Positions 54,154 through 62,547 are shown, counted from the first letter of the stretch. The stretch is DNA of 64,000 bases from an uncultured Verrucomicrobia subdivision 3 bacterium (GCA_903911825.1 CAIWFB010000194.1:2070-66069); one strand, 5' to 3'. Notes: a model not told the origin generated them from the letters alone. Made by a program: numbers and translations.

Positions 54154-54470
54154 GAGCGTGAGGGGGTTGGCGTTGGCATCAACGCGGTTTGCGGAAAAAC
54201 GAAAATGATGGCACCACCGCGCAACTCGCGGGCGGTGAGGTGAACGCTGCCATAATGCAGGCTGACTTCGGCGAGCGGCATCTGCGCGGCGCGGGCTTCG
54301 CGGAAAATTTCCAGCACATCGCGGCCGACGTCGCGCAGCAATTTCTTTGGGTAGGCGGACGACACGGTCGAGGTGACGACCTGGCCATCGCGATCCACCG
54401 TGATGGTGCCGGTGGGCAATTGCTGCACGGCGGCATTGCCGCCCCCGAATAATTTTTTTAAGAATCCCAT
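54150..54470 (-). CDS. Hypothetical small protein (106 aa)
   Basis: It reads MGFLKKLFGGG...TGTITVDRDGQVVTSTV...LTARELRGGAIIFVFP. It overlaps the upstream gene by 13 nt and the downstream gene by 4 nt. Confidence 0.55.
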   Translation of the reverse strand: MGFLKKLFGGGNAAVQQLPTGTITVDRDGQVVTSTVSSAYPKKLLRDVGRDVLEIFREARAAQMPLAEVSLHYGSVHLTARELRGGAIIFVFPQTALMPTPTPSRS

Positions 54471-55531
54471 GACGCAACAAGTTTACGGCTTTTTTCTGCA
54501 AGCTGTTCGGTGGCCTCGGGGGGCCAGCCCACGAGGAATACGCGGTCGCCGCGCTGCAACATGATGACCTGGCGTTCCATATTTTGTCCGGCAACGTGGG
54601 CGAGCGGTCCGGCCCCGATCCGCTCACCGAGACGACGAGCGATTTTGGCGGTGGAACGCGCCCATTTGGCCATGGCGGCGGCGTTTTGCGTGCCGAGCAC
54701 CTCGGGTTCGCCATGACCTTCCGGCGGAATGGCGATGACAAACTCGGCGCCTTCGCGCGTGAGTTGCGAAAGTTTCCACATCGTTTTACGATGACTATTG
54801 GTCTCGGCCGTCTCGGGCGTTTCGAGCGCGGGATTTTCCGCTTCATCCATCGTCTGCGCCGATTCGAGCAAGAGCGCATTGACCGGTTTATGAATGGTGC
54901 GTTCGCGCTGCGGTTCCGGTGGCAGATTTTCAAACGTGCCGGTCTTCCAAGCGAGCAGCCGTTGAAAAGCCATTTCACCGCGTGCGCCGTCGAGTTCGGC
55001 ATCGATCAATTCCCCATCCTGCAACCATAGTTTCGCCACGAGCGGCCCACGCGTGATGCGCAGCACTGTGGACGTGCGCGAGAGACATTCCATCTGGATG
55101 ATGTCCATCAGGCTCTTGCTTTGGATGCCGCGAAAGCCGACTTCATTTTCGCGCCCGAGCAACGATTCCAAGCATTCGTTGAACTGCTTGGCGCTCCGCT
55201 GCATTTCAGTTTTGAGCCAGAATAAATCCACGCCTAACGCGTAGGCACGCGAACGAAAATCTTCATCTTCCAACCCGCTCAACACCACGGTGCGGACATC
55301 GGGAAATTGGCGGCGCACGATGGCGAGCATCTGTAAGCCGTCAATGCGCGGCATTTTCAGATCACAGATGAGCAGGCGCACGGGTTCGGTTTCCAGCAAA
55401 GCCAGCGCCCGTTTAGCGGTATTAGCGGTGAGGATTTCCGGGTGACTTGGTAAATCCGCAAATAGGTCGCGACACAGCGCGAGCCAATCGGCGTCATCAT
55501 CCAGCAACAAGATTTTATGGCGTTTATCCAT
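54458..55531 (-). CDS. Response regulator with PATAN/DUF4388 domain and a Roadblock/LC7-like C-terminal domain
   Basis: The REC domain reads ILLLDDD...LLICDLKMPRIDG...VVLSG. The DUF4388 pattern reads GFRGIQSKSLMDIIQMECLSRTSTVLRITRGPLVAKLWLQDGELIDAEL.GARGEMAFQRLLAWKTGTFE. The C-terminus (FVIAIPPEGHGEPEVLG...QVIMLQRGDRVFLVGW) is Roadblock-like, which is a tentative call. Confidence 0.78.
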   Translation of the reverse strand: MDKRHKILLLDDDADWLALCRDLFADLPSHPEILTANTAKRALALLETEPVRLLICDLKMPRIDGLQMLAIVRRQFPDVRTVVLSGLEDEDFRSRAYALGVDLFWLKTEMQRSAKQFNECLESLLGRENEVGFRGIQSKSLMDIIQMECLSRTSTVLRITRGPLVAKLWLQDGELIDAELDGARGEMAFQRLLAWKTGTFENLPPEPQRERTIHKPVNALLLESAQTMDEAENPALETPETAETNSHRKTMWKLSQLTREGAEFVIAIPPEGHGEPEVLGTQNAAAMAKWARSTAKIARRLGERIGAGPLAHVAGQNMERQVIMLQRGDRVFLVGWPPEATEQLAEKSRKLVASWDS

Positions 55532-55790
55532 TTCTGATTTTTCTAACCGCTAACCGCGGCGGTTGGCAAACACAAGCGCGAAAACTACGAACTTCACATA
55601 GCAATCCGCGTTCCCTGCTGGAATCAGCGATTTTACGCGTAAATGGGACATTTCCCAAAGCCACGAGTCCTACCGTGGGACAAGCCCTTAACCTTTTGTG
55701 CGGCGAACCGAAGTCTAAGGTCGTGGCGCGGATTCTGCTGAATAACGCCAGAACGGTCAGGCGGACGGTTCAAACCAAACAAAAAATGTC

Positions 55791-57530
55791 ATGGCTATCT
55801 CGGTGAAATCTAAATTTGCAGGTCTGCTGCGCGGCTTGTTGCGGCAGATGGACAGCCCGGAAACTCCCCGGCCAGTTACTGCCGCCGTGCCGCCAGCCCA
55901 CTCGGCTGCCAGCCCCGTTGCGCCCACTGTTTCCACCGCCAAAACTACTCCCGCGACCACCGCTGCCACCGCGCTGGCGGAAAACGAAATTGATATTCCG
56001 CTCGCTTCCGTCGTCAACGGTTTGCCGATGGAACTGCGCGCCAAGTTAATGTCTGCCCCCAGTCCGAACGCCACGATTCGCCTGACCGCTGATACCGTCA
56101 TCAGCCAACTCGGTTTCGGGGCCGTGAAAATTTCGTTTGGCGAATTGCGCCAACTGGCTCCTGGATTATTTGCCAATTCCGGAGGTGAACACGATAACCG
56201 CCCGGTTAGCCTGCCGTTGCAAGAAATTCTTTCTCGCGTGAATCCGGCCTTGCTCAACCGCCGCCAAGTCAAAAAAGTGGAAGTGGCCGACGAGATTGCC
56301 GGACCGTTCGGGGAACGTGGTCGCGGCGTCGCTTTTACCACCAACCCGTTGAAGGCGCCAATTGCCCCAGCCAACTTGACCCCACATCTGCCGCCGCCAG
56401 TAACCGCACCCGAACCCTCGGTCCCCATCACTTTTAAGTCTCGCGAAATCACGCCTGCACCAGCAACGCCAGCGCGCGCCCTCACCCCAACCCCCAATGG
56501 CAATGGGCATACCGACCTTTTCCCCCTGCCGCCCGGCTTGAAATTAACGCCGCCCACCAATGGTCAGGGCAGTCATCACGGAAGCAACTCGGTTCCCAAT
56601 TCGCCACTCACTCCCTACGGCCTGAAAATCACGGCGACCCCCGCGTTCGCGGCCACCCCGATCGTCCCGGAAGCGCCAGCAGCACCGACCATCTTTACGA
56701 CGCTCGCCGATCTTTCCGAAAATTGGCCCGCCGAATTACGGAACGAAATCATGCGTTCCCCGCTCGCTAATGTCAGCGTGCCCTTGCCCGGCGACATCAT
56801 CGAACCCGGCTTAAAGCGCGGCCGCGTGGCGATGTCCTGGAAACAATTACGCACGCTGGCGCAGCCGAGTTCGGCGCCCTCGCCCAACGATCATCTGGAA
56901 TTGGAACTGCCGTTGAAAATCATCGCGCCGATGTTCCTCGCCGCGAAGAAAAACGTTTCGCGTCCCCAAGCGAAAGTCGCCGTGACGTCAGACATTCCAG
57001 ATTTATTTTTCGGTTTCCCGCAACCCACGGCACCCGCACCAGCGGCCGTTGTGCCGCCGCTGCCGAAATCGCAGGACACCAATTTTTATGTCTGGGGCGA
57101 AAAAGGCGAAGCCCCGCAATTGGATGAAGCCGGTTTGCGCCGAGGCGAAAATCCGCAGACGGATTTCTTGAGTCGTCAAGCGCACCCCAAAGAAGTCGTC
57201 GCCCGCGCCGCCGCTTTGCCAGGCGTGGCCGGAGCCGTGGTAGCGCTGCCGGATGGCTTGCGCGTGGCCAGCCAGGTGCCGACCGAATTGAATGCCGACA
57301 CACTCGCGGCTTTTCTCCCGCAGATTTTTGAACGCGTGAACCAAAGCACCCGCGAGTTGCGCATGGGCACTTTGAACAATGTCTGCTTCACCGTCGGCAA
57401 CGTCCCATGGAAAATTTTCCGCGTGAACTCCGTTTACTTTGCCGCGTTTGGCCGAGCCGGAGAAGGTTTACCGACCGCCCAACTCGCGCAACTCGCTATC
57501 GAACTCGATCGTAAAAAATCTCAACTCTAA
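55791..57530 (+). CDS. Proline-rich protein with a duplicated N-terminal module and a C-terminal Roadblock/LC7 domain
   Basis: The 579-aa product has internal repeats at aa 67-155 and 301-386 separated by Pro-rich linkers. The C-terminus (aa ~466-572: VVARAAALPGVAGAVVALPDGLRVAS...VCFTVGNVPWKIFRVNSVYFAAFG) fits Roadblock/LC7. Confidence 0.7.
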   Translation: MAISVKSKFAGLLRGLLRQMDSPETPRPVTAAVPPAHSAASPVAPTVSTAKTTPATTAATALAENEIDIPLASVVNGLPMELRAKLMSAPSPNATIRLTADTVISQLGFGAVKISFGELRQLAPGLFANSGGEHDNRPVSLPLQEILSRVNPALLNRRQVKKVEVADEIAGPFGERGRGVAFTTNPLKAPIAPANLTPHLPPPVTAPEPSVPITFKSREITPAPATPARALTPTPNGNGHTDLFPLPPGLKLTPPTNGQGSHHGSNSVPNSPLTPYGLKITATPAFAATPIVPEAPAAPTIFTTLADLSENWPAELRNEIMRSPLANVSVPLPGDIIEPGLKRGRVAMSWKQLRTLAQPSSAPSPNDHLELELPLKIIAPMFLAAKKNVSRPQAKVAVTSDIPDLFFGFPQPTAPAPAAVVPPLPKSQDTNFYVWGEKGEAPQLDEAGLRRGENPQTDFLSRQAHPKEVVARAAALPGVAGAVVALPDGLRVASQVPTELNADTLAAFLPQIFERVNQSTRELRMGTLNNVCFTVGNVPWKIFRVNSVYFAAFGRAGEGLPTAQLAQLAIELDRKKSQL

Positions 57531-57536
57531 AAAATT

Positions 57537-58151
57537 ATGGCCATCATCAATCAAGCCACCAAAGAACTGCAGGTCAAAATCGTTTATTACGGCCCGGCGA
57601 TGGGCGGTAAGACCACCAACCTGGTGCAGGTGCACGACCACGTGCAAACCGCCGCCGGCAACAAAGGCAAGCTCGTGTCGCTCGCCACGAGTTCCGACCG
57701 CACGTTGTTCTTCGATTTTCTGCCCATCGAAGCGATGACGATCAAAGGTTTCAAAACCAAGTTCCAACTTTACACCGTGCCCGGTCAGGTGATCTATAAC
57801 ACCACGCGCCAATTGGTTTTGCGCGGCGTCGACGGCATCGTGTTCGTAGCCGATTCGCAATACGAAAAAATGCCGGAGAACGTGGAAAGTTTTCAGAACC
57901 TCGTGGACAACTTGAACACGTTGAAGTTGAACCTCGCGGAAATTCCTTACGTTCTCCAATACAACAAGCGCGATTTGCCGAATGCCGCGCCGACGGAATA
58001 CATGGATTTTCTCCTGAACAACCGCGACGTGCAGGTGCCGTCGTTCGGTGGCACAGCGCACAAATGCGAAGGCGTGTTCGAAAGTTTGAACATGATCACG
58101 CGGATGTTGCTCCAGAAATTTATCAACCAAAGCGTTCCACAATACGCTTGA
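57537..58151 (+). CDS. mglA: Ras-like small GTPase MglA
   Basis: It is colinear with Myxococcus and Thermus MglA: KIVYYGPAMGGKTTNL, SDRTLFFDFLP, KFQLYTVPGQVIYN, GVDGIVFVADSQ, YVLQYNKRDLPNA and GVFESL. Confidence 0.92.
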   Translation: MAIINQATKELQVKIVYYGPAMGGKTTNLVQVHDHVQTAAGNKGKLVSLATSSDRTLFFDFLPIEAMTIKGFKTKFQLYTVPGQVIYNTTRQLVLRGVDGIVFVADSQYEKMPENVESFQNLVDNLNTLKLNLAEIPYVLQYNKRDLPNAAPTEYMDFLLNNRDVQVPSFGGTAHKCEGVFESLNMITRMLLQKFINQSVPQYA

Positions 58152-58154
58152 GCC

Positions 58155-58634
58155 ATGCCCACACTGCCCCAATTGATCGAAGACGACATGCTGCGCTTGG
58201 ACGCCGCGCTGGCGGAGTTCGTCGCGCTGGCCGACGCTACGGCGGCGTTGGTGATTGATAAAGGCGGATTCCTTCTCGCGCAGCGCGGCGATGACAGTTT
58301 GCTCGACTTCACCACCATCGGCGCGCTGGCTTCCGGTGCGTTCATGGCCAATCAAACCATCGCGGGTCTGGTGCATGAAAAGAATTTCAACAGCATTTAT
58401 CAGCAAGGCGAAAAGGTCAGCATGCTCGTCTGTGATGTGGATGAACATTGCCTGCTGGTCGCGATTTTCCCGTCGCAATTCGGCGTAGGCGTGGTGCGTT
58501 ATTTTGCTAACCAAGCCATCAGCCGCGTCGCCGCCCAAATGGTAGTGGCGGGCGAACGGGCGCCCGGACGTGGCTTGGATTTGTCCGTCTTGAACATGGC
58601 GAATCCGCAAGAGCTTTTTCGGAAGAAAATTTAA
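58155..58634 (+). CDS. mglB: MglB (Roadblock/LC7-family GAP of MglA)
   Basis: The 159-aa product lies 3 nt after mglA. The pattern ALVIDKGGFLLAQRG...TTIGALASGAFMANQTIAGLV...SMLVCDVDEHCLLVAIF...GVGVVRY is colinear with M. xanthus MglB. Confidence 0.85.
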   Translation: MPTLPQLIEDDMLRLDAALAEFVALADATAALVIDKGGFLLAQRGDDSLLDFTTIGALASGAFMANQTIAGLVHEKNFNSIYQQGEKVSMLVCDVDEHCLLVAIFPSQFGVGVVRYFANQAISRVAAQMVVAGERAPGRGLDLSVLNMANPQELFRKKI

Positions 58635-58643
58635 CGGAGGTTT

Positions 58644-59912
58644 ATGGATACCGCACAACAAACCAATGACCTGAACCGCGTCTTGACTGCGCTACTGCAA
58701 AGCGCTGGGGGCATTTCTGATTTGCTTTTTGTGCCGGGCAAACCGCCCCAAACCGAAGTCTATGGAGCACTGGAAACGCCGGATATCGGTGAACCGGTGC
58801 TGACGGGACTGCGCATCGAAGGTTTCGCCAGGGTCATCATGAAAGGCAACGTCAAGTTGCAACAAGATTTGACAGAGCGCGGATCATGCGATTGCAGCTA
58901 TACGTTGGGTGAGGCGAACCGTTTTCGCGTGAACATCTATCGTCAAAACGGAAGTTTCGCGATGGTCCTACGCCGGTTATCCACTTCGGTGCCCTCGCTC
59001 CAATCGCTCGGTCTGGCACCGATTTTTGCGGATCTCATCAAAGAGAAAAACGGCCTCGTGTTCGTGACCGGCGGTTCGGGCAATGGCAAAACCACCACGT
59101 TGGCGGCGCTGTTGAACGAAATCAATCAGACGAGTAAAGTTCATGTAGTGACGTTGGAAGACCCGATTGAATTTCTGCACCCGCAATTGAACTCCACGTT
59201 CAGCCAACGCGAACTGGGGCGGGATTTTTTTAATTTCCCCGACGGTTTGCGCGCCGCTTTACGGCAAGCGCCGAAAGTGATTTTTGTTGGTGAAATCCGC
59301 GATCGTGAGACGTTGGAGATTGCGCTCACAGCGGGCGAAACGGGGCATCTGGTTTTTAGCACACTGCACACGATCAGCGCGGGCCAGACGATCAACCGCA
59401 TTCTCGGGATGTTCAATAAGGACGAGGAGCAACTGGTGCGCGAGCGCTTGGCGGCTTCGCTACGCTACATCATCGGCCAGCGTTTGGTGCCGAAGCTGGA
59501 TGGCGGCCGACAATTGATCACAGAATTGATGGGCAGCAGCCTGCGCACGCGCGAAGCGATTGAGTTGGGGGAAAACGAAAATCGCCGCTTGCATGATATT
59601 ATTGAAGCCGGATCAAATGCCGGATGGCACAGCTTTGAGCAATCTTTGCTGAAAGCTTACGAAGAAAAATTGATTTCGGAGGAAACCGCCCAACTCTACT
59701 GCATCAATAAACCCAAGATGCGCCAACGTTTGGATTCGGCCAATAGCCGCCAACAACGTCCAGCCAAATCTACTCAAACAGCGCAAATGATCGTGGTGCC
59801 TGCCGCCGCAAAGCCGGTCCTACCACCCATTCTGCCGCAACCAGAGCCGGCCGAGATTACGAAACCTTCCGGGCCCATGTCCATGGTCTCTTCGATGATG
59901 GGCTTGCTGTAG
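58644..59912 (+). CDS. PilT/PilU-family type IV pilus retraction-type ATPase with a Pro-rich C-terminal extension
   Basis: It has Walker A (VTGGSGNGKTTT), an Asp box (TLEDPIEF), Walker B (VIFVGEIRD) and a His box (TGHLVFSTLHT). A tail of about 60 aa follows (PAAAKPVLPPILPQPEPAEI). Confidence 0.88.
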   Translation: MDTAQQTNDLNRVLTALLQSAGGISDLLFVPGKPPQTEVYGALETPDIGEPVLTGLRIEGFARVIMKGNVKLQQDLTERGSCDCSYTLGEANRFRVNIYRQNGSFAMVLRRLSTSVPSLQSLGLAPIFADLIKEKNGLVFVTGGSGNGKTTTLAALLNEINQTSKVHVVTLEDPIEFLHPQLNSTFSQRELGRDFFNFPDGLRAALRQAPKVIFVGEIRDRETLEIALTAGETGHLVFSTLHTISAGQTINRILGMFNKDEEQLVRERLAASLRYIIGQRLVPKLDGGRQLITELMGSSLRTREAIELGENENRRLHDIIEAGSNAGWHSFEQSLLKAYEEKLISEETAQLYCINKPKMRQRLDSANSRQQRPAKSTQTAQMIVVPAAAKPVLPPILPQPEPAEITKPSGPMSMVSSMMGLL

Positions 59913-59991
59913 TGATCCTGAATTAAACTACTTTTTTCTGGTTTGCGCTACGCGCGGGATTTAGGCTGGCGCAAATTTAACTCTTTCAATT

Positions 59992-60501
59992 ATGGACATC
60001 ATTTTCAACTGTCCGAACTGTGATCAGGAACTGGCCGTGGATCAAGCTGGTGCTGGCTCACAAATCGAGTGCCCCAATTGCAGCGAAAACCTCACCATTC
60101 CCGCCAGCTCCACAGGTAAGGTGACGACAGGCTCGTTGCCACCGGTGCCACCACCGCCGGTCGCCACCAGCCCGATTGCGACCCCGGCGGCGGCCAAGGT
60201 GGAGCTGCATCTCAAAGTTCCCGTGCGCGATAAACCGAGTGCGCCACTGATTGATAAACCTAGGCCGCCGCTCGAAGTCGTGCAAAAGGGTGCCGGGAAA
60301 AAACTGCGGAGCCATACTATCCGGCACGCCAGTTGCGTTGAATCTGGCCATGATAAGTTCGACGAAAAAGTCTCTGAATTTTTACAACAGGTGGGCGAGG
60401 GTAGCATCATCAGCATCCACACCATCAACTACGAACACTTCGATGTGGGGATTCAAAAAATTGTGACTGACTACGGTTTGATCATTATTTTTCGGGGTTG
60501 A
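59992..60501 (+). CDS. Zinc-ribbon protein with Pro-rich linker and small C-terminal domain (unknown function)
   Basis: The N-terminus has CPNCDQE...(14 aa)...CPNC, then a PPVPPPP linker. The C-terminus reads DKFDEKVSEFLQQVGEGSIISIHTINYEHFDVG...GLIIIFRG. Confidence 0.6.
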   Translation: MDIIFNCPNCDQELAVDQAGAGSQIECPNCSENLTIPASSTGKVTTGSLPPVPPPPVATSPIATPAAAKVELHLKVPVRDKPSAPLIDKPRPPLEVVQKGAGKKLRSHTIRHASCVESGHDKFDEKVSEFLQQVGEGSIISIHTINYEHFDVGIQKIVTDYGLIIIFRG

Positions 60502-60542
60502 ATGGCTTTGACTTGGCCAAAACTGGCAGCTAACGTGCGCGC

Positions 60543-61544
60543 ATGAAGCTTCGGTTGGAATTCTGGTTTTTGTTGGCCATTGTTTTGGTCATGTTGCCCG
60601 CCCGTTCACCCGCGCCCTTGGTCTTTGTGCCGGGCGAGGGCTGGTATTACGAATCTTACGGAGAAAATGCCAACTGGGTTCGTCCGCGCGCTAAGGATCA
60701 GTTGGCGGTGGCAGACGAGGCCTTTACCAACAAGAACTACCGGGTCACGATCCATGCGGCGCATCGCGTTTTACGCGTTTGGCCGTTGTCCGATTATGCC
60801 CCGCGCGCCTCTTATCTGATCGGTCGCTGCTTGGAAGTGAAACACAAGGACGAAGCGGCTTTTAGTGCCTATCAAAAAATCATCGCGAAGTATCCCAAAA
60901 GCGGTGAATACAACGAAGTTCTGTGGCGGCAATATGAAATCGCCAACCGCTTCCTTGGAGGCGAGTGGTTCCGACTTTGGAACACCATTCCGATCTACCC
61001 ATCTATGGATGAAACGGCGAAACTCTACGACAAAATCGTCGCCAGTGGACCCTACAGCGAAGTGGCTCCCCACGCTCAGATGAATATCGGGGTCGCCCGC
61101 GAAAAACAGAAAAATTTTGCGGCGGCGGTTAAAGCCTACGAAACGGCAGCGGATCGCTACCATAATGATTCCGCTATTGCCTCCGAAGCCATGTTCCGCG
61201 CCGGACTCGCTTGGGAAAAACAAGCCGACTCGGCCGAATATGACCAAGGTGCCGCGGCTCAAGCTATTGCCGCCTACACGGATTTCAGCACTGTTTTTCC
61301 CGATGACCAACGCGTCGCGCAAGCCCAGAAATCCATCGTCAAACTCAAAGCCGAACAGGTGCGCGGCAGCTTTCAAATCGCCCAATATTATGAAAAGCGC
61401 CAAAAATGGGCCGGCGCGGTCGTCTACTACAACGATGTTTTGCAGCTAGATGCCAACTCGCCTTTAGCAGCTCAGGCCCGTCAACGCTTGGATATCTTGA
61501 AGCCACGCCTGACGGCGGCGAGCCCCACCACCGCCGGTAAATAA
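60543..61544 (+). CDS. BamD/YfiO-like TPR outer-membrane assembly protein (tentative)
   Basis: It has a signal sequence and TPR-like repeats with BamD-like spacing (YRVTIHAAHRVLRVWPLSDYAPRASYLIGRC..., AYQKIIAKYPKSGEY..., IAQYYEKRQKWAGAVVYYNDVL). No lipobox Cys is evident. Confidence 0.5.
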   Translation: MKLRLEFWFLLAIVLVMLPARSPAPLVFVPGEGWYYESYGENANWVRPRAKDQLAVADEAFTNKNYRVTIHAAHRVLRVWPLSDYAPRASYLIGRCLEVKHKDEAAFSAYQKIIAKYPKSGEYNEVLWRQYEIANRFLGGEWFRLWNTIPIYPSMDETAKLYDKIVASGPYSEVAPHAQMNIGVAREKQKNFAAAVKAYETAADRYHNDSAIASEAMFRAGLAWEKQADSAEYDQGAAAQAIAAYTDFSTVFPDDQRVAQAQKSIVKLKAEQVRGSFQIAQYYEKRQKWAGAVVYYNDVLQLDANSPLAAQARQRLDILKPRLTAASPTTAGK

Positions 61545-61549
61545 AAATC

Positions 61550-62059
61550 ATGCGCGCATTGAAACTATTTCTCTGCCTCGCCACCGCCGCCCTCACCGGT
61601 TGTGCTAGTTATCATCTCGGGTCAACCGGCGGAGTCGTCGCCGGAGATAAAAGCGTGGAGATTTTACCGTTTAATAATCAAACTCTTCAGCCGCGGCTCG
61701 GTGATGCCCTCACCCAAGCCATTCGCCAACGCGTGCAAGCGGATGGCACCATGCGTTTAGCAACGCGCGACCCCGGCGATGTGGTCGTCAGCGGCACGAT
61801 AAAATTTTATGGCCGCGAAGGCTTGAACTTTTTTAGCCGCGACGTCGCCACACCGGAAAATTTCCGCGTCGGCCTCACTAGCCACGTCGTCGTGCGGGAA
61901 CGCTCGTCCGGAAAATTGCTACTGGAAAAAGATGTGAAAGCCCACACGCTCGTTCATGTCAGCGATGATTTGGCCAGCGCCGAACGCCAAGCGCTCCCCT
62001 TATTAGCTGAAGATTTTGCCCGCGACCTTGTCGAACTGCTCACTGAAGGCGGCTGGTAA
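61550..62059 (+). CDS. LptE-like outer-membrane lipoprotein (tentative)
   Basis: It has a lipobox (LTGCAS). The size (169 aa) fits, as does the pattern SVEILPFNNQT..PRLGDALTQAIRQRV...VSGTI. It lies next to the BamD-like gene. Confidence 0.5.
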   Translation: MRALKLFLCLATAALTGCASYHLGSTGGVVAGDKSVEILPFNNQTLQPRLGDALTQAIRQRVQADGTMRLATRDPGDVVVSGTIKFYGREGLNFFSRDVATPENFRVGLTSHVVVRERSSGKLLLEKDVKAHTLVHVSDDLASAERQALPLLAEDFARDLVELLTEGGW

Positions 62060-62115
62060 AAAATTTGAATTTTTGGACGCTTGCGGCGTCCAAATAAAAA
62101 CCAACAACTAAAACT

Positions 62116-62529
62116 ATGAAAAAACAAATCGCATTATTCGCCCTCGTCGCTGCGGCTTTGATTGCCGCACCCGCCACCATCCGCGCCGAAGATAAACCGG
62201 TCAAGAAGGCTGAAACCACCGAAGCCGCCACGCCCAAGCCAAAAAATTCCCGCCTGCCTTTCACTGGCAAAATTACCGCCGTGGATACCACCGCTAGCAC
62301 CGTGAAGGTCGGCGAACGCGTATTCAACGTGACCTCCGAAACTAAGGTTTTGAAAGATGGTAAACCGGCTACTTTAGCGGAACTCACCGTGGGCGAACCC
62401 GTCCGTGGCTCTTACAAAAAAGATGAAGCTGGCAAACTGAATGCCTTGCTCGTTCACGCAGGCGCTAAGCCGGAAGCTGCCCCAAAAAAGAAGAAGGTAG
62501 AAAAAACCGAGACTCCCGCAGCCAAGTAA
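62116..62529 (+). CDS. Secreted small protein, Lys-rich, unknown function
   Basis: It has a signal peptide (AAPATIRAED), a beta-rich core (GKITAVDTTASTVKVGERVFNVTSETKVLKDGK) and a KKKK tail. Confidence 0.6.
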   Translation: MKKQIALFALVAAALIAAPATIRAEDKPVKKAETTEAATPKPKNSRLPFTGKITAVDTTASTVKVGERVFNVTSETKVLKDGKPATLAELTVGEPVRGSYKKDEAGKLNALLVHAGAKPEAAPKKKKVEKTETPAAK

Positions 62530-62547
62530 TCCATATTGATTTTCACG

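Noticed and set aside
54154-55002. This is the upstream two-thirds of the 412-aa track ORF 53764..55002.
   Set aside because: This part is Arg/Pro-rich nonsense. It overlaps, in another frame, the well-supported REC-PATAN gene (54458-55531) and the 106-aa gene. Only the last 129 codons (53764-54153) look genuine.
55532-55790. I looked for a shared operator in the divergent intergenic region between the REC-PATAN and mglA operons.
   Set aside because: Only very short palindromes are visible (such as AACCG-CGG-CGGTT), and they are not distinguishable from chance.
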